Shown: positions 18,708 to 26,219 of the stretch, one piece after another | Numbering within the stretch: the first letter of the stretch is position 1 | How the letters are laid out: each line of letters begins with the position of its first letter | Made by a program: the position numbers and the translations under genes | The notes under the pieces: generated by a model | Databases searched by the model: none | What the model was told of the DNA's origin: nothing | Seen by the model: the letters and a program-made list of their open reading frames with translations, nothing else | DNA from: Zymomonas mobilis subsp. mobilis ATCC 10988 | GTDB taxonomy: Bacteria > Pseudomonadota > Alphaproteobacteria > Sphingomonadales > Sphingomonadaceae | Length of the DNA stretch: 32,000 nucleotides | Assembly (NCBI RefSeq): GCF_000175255.2 | Contig: NC_017183.1 | Coordinates: forward strand, 1 to 32,000 | Direction of reading: 5' to 3'

Positions 18708-20078
18708 ATGAACGCATACGGAGAATTTTGTGGAAATAAAAAAATAAGTATTAAAAATTTCAGAGGCATTCAAAATGCCGATTTTGATTTTTGCAATAAA
18801 GTTAATCTAATAGTTGGTATTAATGGCGCAGGAAAAACGAGTGTTTTAGATAGTATAGCTCTATTATTATCATGGCTTATTAACAGAACTCTTAATAAAA
18901 ATTCTTCAGGACAACCAATTAATGATTTGAGTATTCGTAATGGGTGTCGGGAGGCCGCTCTTTCGATAACAGTAAATTATGATAATCAAGATTTTAACTG
19001 GATGCTTGTAAAAACAGGGAGAGGCTTAAATGCTAGATCTCAGAAATCAGAACTTTCTCTCTTGGCGGCTCTTTCCAAGAGATTCCAAATAGAGTTGGAT
19101 AATAAAAACGATGAGGCTTCACTGCCTTTGTTTGTCTATTATCCTGTAGATAGGGCAATTGTAAAGGTACCTATTCGGCGTCGAAGAAGACAGGCTTTTA
19201 GTCAATTATCTGCATATGATGAGGCTCTTAACCCAAACGTAAATTTTAAAAGTTTTTTTGAATGGTTTCGATTTGAGCAAGAGAAACATAATTCTTCTTT
19301 AGCTAATCTTCTGCATTCTATGGATTTGTCGGATACTGATTCCCTGCTTTTTAAAGCTACAAAATACAGAAAAACTATAAAAGAAATTCTTAAGGAATTA
19401 TATAATCCTCTATCTTCTAAAGGGTTGAAGGCGGTATGCCAAGCTATTTATGAATTTATGCCAGGATTTTCTGACCTTAGAGTTTTATACGAGCCATTAA
19501 GAATGGTGATCGAAAAAGAAGGTGTGCATTTAAATCTCCTTCAACTCTCTGGAGGAGAAAAATGTATGTTAGCGTTAATTGGAGATATCGCCCGACGACT
19601 TGTTCTAGCAAATCCCAGCATGGACAATCCCCTAAAAGGTAAAGCTATCATCTTGATAGATGAAATCGATCTTCACCTTCATCCAAGGTGGCAAAAAAAT
19701 ATTATAGAACGATTAAATTCTACATTTCCTAATTGTCAGTTTATTATAACAACACACTCTCCTCATATTATAACTCACGTTCATTCAAATTGTATATCCA
19801 TCATTTCTACAAATGAAAATGGAGCTTTTAATGTAAGTAAGGCTCGAAATTCTTACGGATTTTCTTCAGAAGTTCTTTTGTCTGAAATTATGGGACTGGA
19901 CACAACGCGTCCCCAAAAGATCCAAGATAAATTGGATAAAATTTTTCAAAATATTTCAGACAATGAACTGGATGAGGCAGAAACAAAGCTACAATGTTTA
20001 AAAACAATAATGAGAGACGATCCCGATGTCGTAAAAGCTGAGGCTCTTATTTTTAGAAAAAAAATTATCAATAAATGA
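18708..20078 (+). CDS. AAA/SMC-like ATPase, PtuA-like (Septu family)
   Basis: 456 aa. GINGAGKTSVLDSIALLLS (Walker A), LQLSGGEKCMLALIGDIARRL (signature), GKAIILIDEIDLHLHPRWQ (Walker B), FIITTHSPHII. Overlaps the HNH gene by 4 nt. Confidence 0.85.
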   Translation: MNAYGEFCGNKKISIKNFRGIQNADFDFCNKVNLIVGINGAGKTSVLDSIALLLSWLINRTLNKNSSGQPINDLSIRNGCREAALSITVNYDNQDFNWMLVKTGRGLNARSQKSELSLLAALSKRFQIELDNKNDEASLPLFVYYPVDRAIVKVPIRRRRRQAFSQLSAYDEALNPNVNFKSFFEWFRFEQEKHNSSLANLLHSMDLSDTDSLLFKATKYRKTIKEILKELYNPLSSKGLKAVCQAIYEFMPGFSDLRVLYEPLRMVIEKEGVHLNLLQLSGGEKCMLALIGDIARRLVLANPSMDNPLKGKAIILIDEIDLHLHPRWQKNIIERLNSTFPNCQFIITTHSPHIITHVHSNCISIISTNENGAFNVSKARNSYGFSSEVLLSEIMGLDTTRPQKIQDKLDKIFQNISDNELDEAETKLQCLKTIMRDDPDVVKAEALIFRKKIINK

Positions 20079-20692
20079 AACAAATAAAAAAAACAAAAGA
20101 GCCTCAGTCCTTTTCTGAATGGAAGGCTAAAGCAAATTCTGATTGGAAACCTGCATGGGAAAATTTACAGAATCCTGAAAAAGTAGATATTTTAGAAAAG
20201 TTAATTGAAGATCAACATGGAATATGTTGTTATTGTGAAGCTAGAATCTCTGTAGAATCTGCACATATTGAACATATAGTTCCAAGGAGTATTGATATTA
20301 GAAAAAGGTTATCTTTTTCTAACCTTTTAGCATCTTGTCAAAAAGAAACTCAAAAAGGGGATCCTCTGACTTGCGGAAAATCTCGTGGCGATTGGTACGA
20401 TAAAGATTTTTATTTGAATCCATGTGATGAGAATTCTCGAAAAGAAATTATCTACTTATTAGATGGAAATGTTACGGTACAAAATAAAAATTTTAAAATT
20501 TTTATCGAAAAAATCAATTTAAATATTGAGTCAAAAAAAAGAGCACGTTCTAACGTTATAGATATTTTTACAGATTTAGATACTAGCGATGCCCAAAAAA
20601 TATTGGACGTTTGGCTCTCTGAAAAAGTATATCATCCTTATATAAGTGCAGCTCTCACTGCTGCTAAAGAGTTATGTGGAATTGAATACTGA
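20075..20692 (+). CDS. HNH-type endonuclease, PtuB-like (TIGR02646-like)
   Basis: 205 aa. HGICCYCEARISVESAHIEHIVPRS..RLSFSNLLASCQ, DPLTCGKSRGDWYD. Coupled ATGA overlap with the ATPase gene. Confidence 0.85.
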   Translation: MKQIKKTKEPQSFSEWKAKANSDWKPAWENLQNPEKVDILEKLIEDQHGICCYCEARISVESAHIEHIVPRSIDIRKRLSFSNLLASCQKETQKGDPLTCGKSRGDWYDKDFYLNPCDENSRKEIIYLLDGNVTVQNKNFKIFIEKINLNIESKKRARSNVIDIFTDLDTSDAQKILDVWLSEKVYHPYISAALTAAKELCGIEY

Positions 20693-20824
20693 GAAATTTT
20701 TAACTTTCTAACACTACTAGATCGGAGAGATTTTACTTTGGCCATTTCCACTGGTCGTGTTGCCATAGAAAATAGAGGAAATATTGGTGGTTATCTTTGT
20801 TCTTTCCAGACCTTAAAAAATTAA

Positions 20825-20862
20825 TACGTAAATACGTATGTAGTTATCTACGTATTTACGTA
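20825..20862. repeat. Dispersed repeat, copy 4 (between the PtuB-like gene and the IS)
   Basis: TACGTAAATACGTA-N10-TACGTATTTACGTA: perfect 14-bp inverted arms (20825-20838 and 20849-20862), with nested TACGTA. Confidence 0.75.
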
Positions 20863-20894
20863 ATTTTATCCATATTATTCCCTTACTATTACTA

Positions 20895-21741
20895 GGCTCA
20901 GGACTCATTCTTTGAGATAGAAGATGAAACTTGCTGCGATATGGATTGCTGACATGAATGTGTGAGCGCACCGGTCGTATCGTGTTGCGACACGCCGCCA
21001 GTCTTTGAGCTTTGCGAACATATTTTCGATGAGGTGACGTTTTTTATACAGATGCCAGTCGTAAGGCGGCTTTGATTTCCGGTTCTTCTTCGGCGGAATA
21101 CAGGCGGTGATATTCCGGTCTGCGAGAGACTGTCTGATTTTATTACTGTCGTATCCCCGGTCCCCGAGAATTTCTTGTGTTTCTTCCGGCAGATTTGCCA
21201 GCAGAACATCCGCGCCTTTGAAGTCACTGACCTGACCTGCGGTCAGATGCAGCCGGACAGGGCGGCCCTGACTATCGCATACAGCGTGAAGCTTTGAGTT
21301 CAGTCCGCCTTTCGTGCGTCCGATATGGCGGGGAAAAGCCCCTTTTTGAGCAGGGAGGCCGCTGTCCGGTGTGCTTTCAGATGTGTTGCATCGATCATCA
21401 GACGCTTTGAACGGCCTGCCTGCTCCGTCAGGGCGACGAAGATCCGGTCAAAGACACCCAGGCGGCTCCACCGGATAAACCGGTTGTATAAAGTCTTGTG
21501 CGGGCCATACGCTTTCGGGGCGTCTTTCCACTGAAGGCCGTTGCGGATCACGTAAACGATCCCGCTCAGGACACGACGGTCATCGACACGCGGCACACCA
21601 TGCGCCAGTGGAAAAAACGGCTTAATCCGTTCCATCTGGTGCTCAGACAGCAAAAACACGTCACTCACAGCTTCACCTCCATCGGTAAACCTGTGAATCA
21701 CAACAGCCCGCTCAACTCAAGAAATTAACAGGTCCTGAGCC
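20895..21741 (-). mobile_element. IS5-family insertion sequence (~847 bp)
   Basis: Terminal inverted repeats GGCTCAGGAC (20895-20904) and GTCCTGAGCC (21732-21741), flanked on both sides by TA (CTAG context), containing an IS5-type transposase. Confidence 0.88.
20905..21701 (-). CDS. IS5-family transposase in two frames (probable -1 frameshift)
   Basis: ORF A in 21300-21701: LSEHQMERIKPFFPLAHGVPRVDDRRVLSGIVYVIRNGLQWKDAPKAYGPHKTLYNRFIRW. The -1 frame continues GRTKGGLNSKLHAVCDSQGRPVRLHLTAGQVSDFKGADVLL..EILGDRGYDSNKIR..NMFAKLKDWRRVATRYDRCAHTFMSAIHIAASFIFYLKE. Confidence 0.85.
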
Positions 21742-22317
21742 TAGATAAGCCAACTAGCTTAACGACAAGCCTTTGAACATTGGATACGATCCCGCGACAA
21801 CGAACTAACAAAACATTCCAGTGTTCTAACTCTGAAAGTTTTTATTCTGCTATCAAGCCAGACTGACTGGATAGATGACATCAAAATTGCTGATTAAATC
21901 AGAGTGTCCTTGGTCAAGAAATAGTGGTAAAATTATGTCTAATGTTGCCAAAAATCTCGAATTGACTTAAATGTGGAGTTCTGCGTTGAAATGCGTTGGG
22001 TGGAGAAGAATAATTTTATTAGATTATCTGCTTTATAGGCCTAAATACAGGCATTTATGACCTGTCTTGCGTCATATTCCGATGCGTAAAAATCGGGGGG
22101 CAAATTTACCGCGGGTTTCGGCTGGCATCGAACGCAAAGGGTCTGAAAAAACATTTCTGAAATAATATTGCTAACGTTTCGTTAGACATTTTTGGGTAAA
22201 TTTTAGACATAAAAAATCTGTCAGTTGTGCCTCACGCTTGATAAGCGAGGCAGATGCGTTACCTTCATACCATTCACATGATGGCGATCGAGATAATTAA
22301 AATAAAGGCTTTTTTGC

Positions 22318-22355
22318 AATACGTATAAACGCATATAGCTAAATACGTATTTAAA
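22318..22355. repeat. Dispersed repeat, copy 5 (upstream of the macrodomain gene)
   Basis: AATACGTATAAACGCATATAGCTAAATACGTATTTAAA, preceded by AATAAAGGCTTTTTT. Confidence 0.75.
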
Positions 22356-22377
22356 TTGATAGCTACGCCCGACCGGA

Positions 22378-23469
22378 ATGGTATTTCTGATGATTATCTT
22401 CACGCAAGGCAACCTACTAGAAGCTAAAGTCGAGGCTCTTGTTAATACCGTTAACACCGTCGGTGTGATGGGTAAGGGTATTGCGCTCATGTTTAAAGAG
22501 CGCTTCCACGAGAACTTTCGCCTGTATTCTGCTGCGTGTAAGGCTAAGGAAGTTCAAATCGGTAAGATGTTCGTTACTCCAGTCTATGAACTAGGGGAAA
22601 CACGCTGGATTGTGAACTTTCCGACTAAACAGCATTGGCGTAATCCGTCACGAATAGAATGGATTATAAAAGGCTTACAGGATCTACGGCGTGTCCTGCT
22701 CGAAAAGAATATAAAATCTATTGCTATTCCTCCTTTGGGTGCTGGCAATGGCGGGCTTTCATGGAAAGATGTTCGTGGACAGATCGAGTTGGCCTTAAGT
22801 GATCTCGATATTGATATTTTTGTGTTTGAGCCGACTACCCAATACCAAAACGTGGCTAAGAGGACAGGCGTAGAAAAACTAACGCCCGCCCGCGCGTTAA
22901 TAGCTGAATTAGTCCGTCGATACTGGGTAATGAGTATAGAGTGTAGTTTGCTTGAAATTCAAAAGCTGGCTTGGTTTCTTCAGAGAGCTATTGAACAGTA
23001 TTCTCCAGATAATAATCCACTGAATTTAGATTTTCAGCCACATAAATATGGTCCTTATACTCATCAGCTAAACCACTTGTTGAATAATTTAGATGGGAGC
23101 TATCTTCATTCTGATAAACGTATCAGCGATAGCGACCCGCTGGATGTCATTTTATTTGTTGATAAGCGCAAAGACGATTTACAGGCTTATTTGAAAAGTG
23201 AGGCCAAGCCTTACAGGCAAGCATTAGAATCTGCCGCCATGCTTATTGATGGTTTTGAGTCCCCCTTTGGGATGGAGCTGCTGGCTACAGTTGACTGGCT
23301 GCTAACTCGCGAAAATATAGAACCTAATGTGTCAGCTTTACGTAAGGGATTGCGTTCTTGGCGAGGTGGTGCAGATGCGGCCTTGCGTAAAGATCGAATT
23401 TTTAATGACCGATCTTTGGGAATTGCCCTTGATCGCTTAACTAAAATCTCTACGCCTGTAATGGCGTAG
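22378..23469 (+). CDS. DarG-like macrodomain antitoxin (DNA ADP-ribosylglycohydrolase family)
   Basis: 363 aa. [69 protein letters not shown], plus a DarG-type C-terminal region. The start may be the internal M at 22393. Confidence 0.85.
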   Translation: MVFLMIIFTQGNLLEAKVEALVNTVNTVGVMGKGIALMFKERFHENFRLYSAACKAKEVQIGKMFVTPVYELGETRWIVNFPTKQHWRNPSRIEWIIKGLQDLRRVLLEKNIKSIAIPPLGAGNGGLSWKDVRGQIELALSDLDIDIFVFEPTTQYQNVAKRTGVEKLTPARALIAELVRRYWVMSIECSLLEIQKLAWFLQRAIEQYSPDNNPLNLDFQPHKYGPYTHQLNHLLNNLDGSYLHSDKRISDSDPLDVILFVDKRKDDLQAYLKSEAKPYRQALESAAMLIDGFESPFGMELLATVDWLLTRENIEPNVSALRKGLRSWRGGADAALRKDRIFNDRSLGIALDRLTKISTPVMA

Positions 23470-23578
23470 AGTGTCTTATCTCTTCTTTATTGAGGAAGCT
23501 ATTAGGCCGAAATAGTCATCTGTTTTCAATTAGGTAATTATCCATAACGCCTAAAATAAAGGTTTTTTATAAATGGAG

Positions 23579-23646
23579 ATACGTCTTAACGTATATAGCT
23601 AAATACGTATTTAAGTTAATAGCTATATTTGTATTTACGTATTATG
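23579..23646. repeat. Dispersed repeat, copy 6 (downstream of the macrodomain gene)
   Basis: ATACGTCTTAACGTATATAGCTAAATACGTATTTAAGTTAATAGCTATATTTGTATTTACGTATTA, preceded by AATAAAGGTTTTTT. Confidence 0.75.
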
Positions 23647-23783
23647 TAGCCTGATGCTACTTATATGATATTCGGTTAGCTGGGAGAGATAATGTAAAGA
23701 TACAGCCCGTTATTAACAGAAGGTTGAATGCCAATTTCACAGGAATTGCAGCGGTTAGAAAGAAAAGGGCTTTTGGTTCTTAA

Positions 23784-24047
23784 TTAAAAGAAATCGGGTG
23801 GAGGTGCCGGTGCCGGAACAGCATTTGCGTCGAATGCGAACAAGGCAAATTGCAACCAAGAGGGTTCTCGTTTTACTATCCCATTTTCAAAGCGAGAAAT
23901 CGATTGTTGTGTAGTGGTGAAAATAGCACCTCGCTTTTCAGCTTCCTTAGAAACCATATCGGCTAGCTTTTGCGCACTCCATCCCCTTTTTATCCGAGAC
24001 GCTCGAACAAACTCGCGGAGCTTATCTAAATCCGTTAAGTTATCCAT
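23784..24047 (-). CDS. Small HTH (XRE-like) regulator, paralog 3
   Basis: RIKRGWSAQKLADMVSKEAEKRGAIFTTTQQSISRFENGIVKREPSWLQFAL, the same signature as the two upstream genes. Confidence 0.65.
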   Translation of the reverse strand: MDNLTDLDKLREFVRASRIKRGWSAQKLADMVSKEAEKRGAIFTTTQQSISRFENGIVKREPSWLQFALFAFDANAVPAPAPPPDFF

Positions 24048-24052
24048 CTGGC

Positions 24053-24559
24053 CTATTCGTTGTAAAGCAAAGGGTGAGATAACGCGACTGGGAATTTTTT
24101 TGCCAGTGAAGATGCAATATTTTGTTTAAGTGACCATGAGTCACTAAAGTCTACATCCAAAGGAACTAATAAACTCAAAAACAAGTTTTTGAGTTTATCT
24201 TCGCTTGGAAGAATTTCTTTATAGATAATTTTTTTATTATCATCTTCTGATATTGTATCAGTCGAAAATTTCGGTTCTTCTTCTTTTGTGAAAGAAGGTT
24301 TAGATACTACAAAATCTGTTAGTTTAGCCTGCTCCAACAAAGCTGCTTTTACATAATTCAGCCACAGAGGTATCGACTTTATTTTTCCATTTTCAAACAA
24401 GGAAATAGATTGCTGTTGTAAATTTAGTTTAACGCCATGACGTGCAGCCACCTGTTTTGCTTCGTCAGCTAACTTTGCTGCCGTCCAGTTTATACGTTTA
24501 CGCTCATTTCTTATCCATGTGCGTATTTCGTCTATTTTTGAGATACTGGTCTGCGTCAT
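24053..24559 (-). CDS. HTH (XRE-like) regulator, paralog 2
   Basis: ERKRINWTAAKLADEAKQVAARHGVKLNLQQQSISLFENGKIKSIPLWLNYVKAAL. Confidence 0.7.
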   Translation of the reverse strand: MTQTSISKIDEIRTWIRNERKRINWTAAKLADEAKQVAARHGVKLNLQQQSISLFENGKIKSIPLWLNYVKAALLEQAKLTDFVVSKPSFTKEEEPKFSTDTISEDDNKKIIYKEILPSEDKLKNLFLSLLVPLDVDFSDSWSLKQNIASSLAKKFPVALSHPLLYNE

Positions 24560-24584
24560 AATATCTATTTATACCAAAAAGATA

Positions 24585-25034
24585 TTACTGAAACAAACTT
24601 ATCTGTTCCAAGCCTTTCGGAAGACGTTGCGCTAAAATACTGGCAATTTTTCGTTTTAATTGGGGTGTTATATCTTCCTCTACTGGAGTTAAAAGACCCA
24701 GAAACAATTTTTTAAGATCTTTTTCTTCCGGAAGGCCGACATTTTTTGATGCATTACATTTTGTTAAGGTAATGGAGTTCATCGTCGGAGAGATAGGGTT
24801 ATTCTCAAATGCAGCCATTACATAAGGCATCCATGACGGAATGCTCTTAATTTGCCCAAGTTCAAAGGCAGAAATGGATTGCTGCTTAAGGTTACTTTCG
24901 ACGTTTCTTTGTTTTGCAGCCATACGCGCTTCTTCAGCGAGTTTTGTTCGACTCCAGCCTCGTAGCTGTCGTTCTTCAAAAATCCACTTACGGAATTTTT
25001 CAACAGTTCTCAATTTTGAAGATGCTTCATTCAT
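24585..25034 (-). CDS. HTH (XRE-like) regulator, paralog 1
   Basis: EERQLRGWSRTKLAEEARMAAKQRNVESNLKQQSISAFELGQIKSIPSWMPYVMAAFE. Confidence 0.7.
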   Translation of the reverse strand: MNEASSKLRTVEKFRKWIFEERQLRGWSRTKLAEEARMAAKQRNVESNLKQQSISAFELGQIKSIPSWMPYVMAAFENNPISPTMNSITLTKCNASKNVGLPEEKDLKKLFLGLLTPVEEDITPQLKRKIASILAQRLPKGLEQISLFQ

Positions 25035-25125
25035 GCAGCGATTCTACAATTGAATCAGATCTCAAACACCTGAAAAACAATTGCATAATTTTTTATAAAA
25101 CTGAAAAATGATTTTTTTATATTGC

Positions 25126-25169
25126 AAAAAATTGCAAATCATAATATCCACAATAAAATGCAATTTTTT
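25126..25169. promoter_or_regulatory. Inverted repeat AAAAAATTGCA ... TGCAATTTTTT, candidate regulator binding site
   Basis: Perfect 11-bp arms at 25126-25136 and 25159-25169 in the AT-rich region upstream of the HTH operon. Further TTGCA motifs nearby. Confidence 0.4.
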
Positions 25170-25525
25170 GGATTCGATTTAACTATGTTTCTATCTTTAG
25201 AGAATTTCTTTCGGCAAGAGTCAATCAAAAATTTGACTGTGGTTTAGGTAAAAAGAAAAAAATCACAATTTTTTGTTGGTTAGATACAATTATATACTCA
25301 AAAAGGTAGATAAAATGATGGCAAACGAAGGTAAAGATATAAAGCCATCTACCATAATTCTATTTTGCCAACAGTTTGATTTGAAAAACAATAATCACGA
25401 TTATTGTTCTCAATTAATAGGCCGTCAATCTCTAAAAATCTTTTTTAAATCTAGCACTAACAAGACAGCCATAGCTTGTCTTTCATTGGGGCGGCCAGTT
25501 TCCCTTCGGGTGAAGAGTAAGATCA

Positions 25526-25843
25526 ATGACAATTAAAACAGCCGAAAATATGCCCTCCTTAATTGATGGCGAGATCAGCACATTCAAGCAGAAGATTAGC
25601 AATGCCATGTATCTTTATATGGGGCAGATGGAATGCGGTCTTCGCCTGTTGATGGATCGCTTGGAAGGTATTCGTCGGGCAGAAGAGACCCGCTCTTATG
25701 CTTTACTGGAAAATGTCTCAAAAGATGAATTAATAAGATTTAATACTGAAATATTAAGTCTTATCGAGGTGATTAAACGTTCGGCAACTACGGCCAATGA
25801 GGGCTTGAACGGCTTTATCCAAAACTTTGGTTCGTCTTTATGA
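25526..25843 (+). CDS. Small hypothetical protein
   Basis: 105-aa ORF upstream of the gapR-like gene. No recognised domain. Confidence 0.45.
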   Translation: MTIKTAENMPSLIDGEISTFKQKISNAMYLYMGQMECGLRLLMDRLEGIRRAEETRSYALLENVSKDELIRFNTEILSLIEVIKRSATTANEGLNGFIQNFGSSL

Positions 25844-25967
25844 CCCATTGTTTTTTCAGCCTTTCCTATTTGGAAAAGACCTGTTCTGTTTCCGTCAGTT
25901 CTAACCTTGGGCTTCAGACCGAGGCCTATTCGGCACCCCCTCATCTTCTCATTGGAGAGACCGTCTT

Positions 25968-26219
25968 ATGAGTTCTATTCATGCGACCGAAGAGCTGACT
26001 GAAAAGCTCCAATCCATTATCCGTCTTGAAGAAGAAAAGGCGCGTTTGGATGGCCAGATTGCCGAAGCCTATCGTGATCTGAAAGGCCAGAAATACGACA
26101 TCAAGAAGGCCAAGCTTGCGGTCAGCCGTTCGCGGAAAGGTCATCCTGAAAACTCTATTCGTATTCTGATCAACCAGATCGTCAATGATCGGGCGATGAG
26201 CCGGAAGCTTGTCCCGTGA
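25968..26219 (+). CDS. GapR/DUF2312-like small DNA-binding protein
   Basis: 83 aa. LEEEKARLDGQIAEAYRDLKGQKYDIKKAKLAVSRSRK resembles the IERLEEEKkxIxxDIKDVYAEAKGxGFDxKxLRxIxxLR pattern. Confidence 0.65.
   Translation: MSSIHATEELTEKLQSIIRLEEEKARLDGQIAEAYRDLKGQKYDIKKAKLAVSRSRKGHPENSIRILINQIVNDRAMSRKLVP

Noticed and set aside
20898-21227. Supplied 109-aa minus-strand ORF (MTSKARMFCWQIC...) as a real gene
   Set aside because: It is an out-of-frame shadow of the transposase C-terminal half. The correct frame encodes DRGYDSNKIRQSLADRNITACIPPKKNRKSKPPYDWHLYKKRHLIENMFAKLK.
22221-22490. Minus-strand ORF overlapping the start of the macrodomain gene as a missing DarT partner
   Set aside because: Its sequence is the antisense of the macrodomain N-terminus and shows no ADP-ribosyltransferase features.
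16808-23646. CRISPR array formed by the dispersed repeats
   Set aside because: The repeats are separated by hundreds to thousands of bases including genes, are palindromic and variable, and no cas genes are present.
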